Source: Alphaproteobacteria bacterium (lineage in GTDB: Bacteria; Pseudomonadota; Alphaproteobacteria; UBA828). Taken from it: a stretch of DNA of 64,000 nucleotides. Made by a program: the position numbers and the translations under genes. The first letter of the stretch is position 1. Every line of letters starts with the position of its first letter. Positions 63,726-64,000 of the stretch are shown here, one piece after another. The notes under the pieces are model-generated. The model searched no databases, was not told the DNA's origin, and was given only the letters and a program-made list of their open reading frames with translations. The stretch is taken from NCBI GenBank assembly GCA_963422645.2, contig CAXXVO010000008.1, positions 192,001-256,000 on the forward strand, read 5' to 3'.

Positions 63726-64000
63726 ATGAGCGCCGGTCCCATCGCGCCGCCCTTCGACGAGGGCCAAGCCCGCGCCATCGTCCAGGCCTTCGAGGAGGCC
63801 TGGAACCGCAGGGTCGCGGAAGAGATTCCGGGGACCTGCACACCGGACACGCGCTGGCGCTATCGCGATGCCTTCGTCGAGGGGCGGGACAACATCGTGC
63901 CCTTCCTGCTCGCGCGCTGGCCGATCCAGGAGCGCTACCGGCTTAAGAAGGAGCTCTGGAGCTTCACCGCGAACCGCATTTCGGCGCGCTTCATCAGCGA
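63726..64000 (+). CDS. DUF1348/SnoaL-like protein (partial)
   Basis: Manual translation PPF....EAWN...TPDTRWR.R..F..GR..I..FL...W......YRL.KELW.F..NRI..RF. Confidence 0.8.
   Translation, partial: MSAGPIAPPFDEGQARAIVQAFEEAWNRRVAEEIPGTCTPDTRWRYRDAFVEGRDNIVPFLLARWPIQERYRLKKELWSFTANRISARFIS

Overview
High-GC alphaproteobacterial chromosome, judged from the FtsZ tail [11 protein letters not shown], a GAAC-N7-GAAC LexA-type box and gene order. Bases 1-35.3 kb are core genome: mlaA, an EF-G paralogue, djlA, an amidase, RNase P RNA, the dcw cluster mraZ-lpxC (with murE and murF in one ORF), small oxidoreductases, cobW-like, fdhD, argH-lipoprotein-lysA, ydcF and plsC. Bases ~35.3-60.5 kb are an IS-riddled island abutting the 3' end of tRNA-Ala(CGC). 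It holds IS21, IS1595 (inside hutH), IS1634, two copies of an unclassified DDE element and three related IS66-type elements. Its cargo is a catabolic cluster containing a triple-Rid-domain protein and an OLD-like ATPase-TOPRIM gene broken into three pieces. The most notable observation is that two divergent IS66-type elements each carry a compact DNA adenine methyltransferase gene, coupled to the transposase by a GTGA overlap and preceded by a conserved promoter plus an RBS-sequestering hairpin. One copy (52240-54747) is complete, with inverted repeats and an 8-bp target duplication. Several single-base frameshifts may be assembly errors. All calls are by eye from motifs; no database searches were run.
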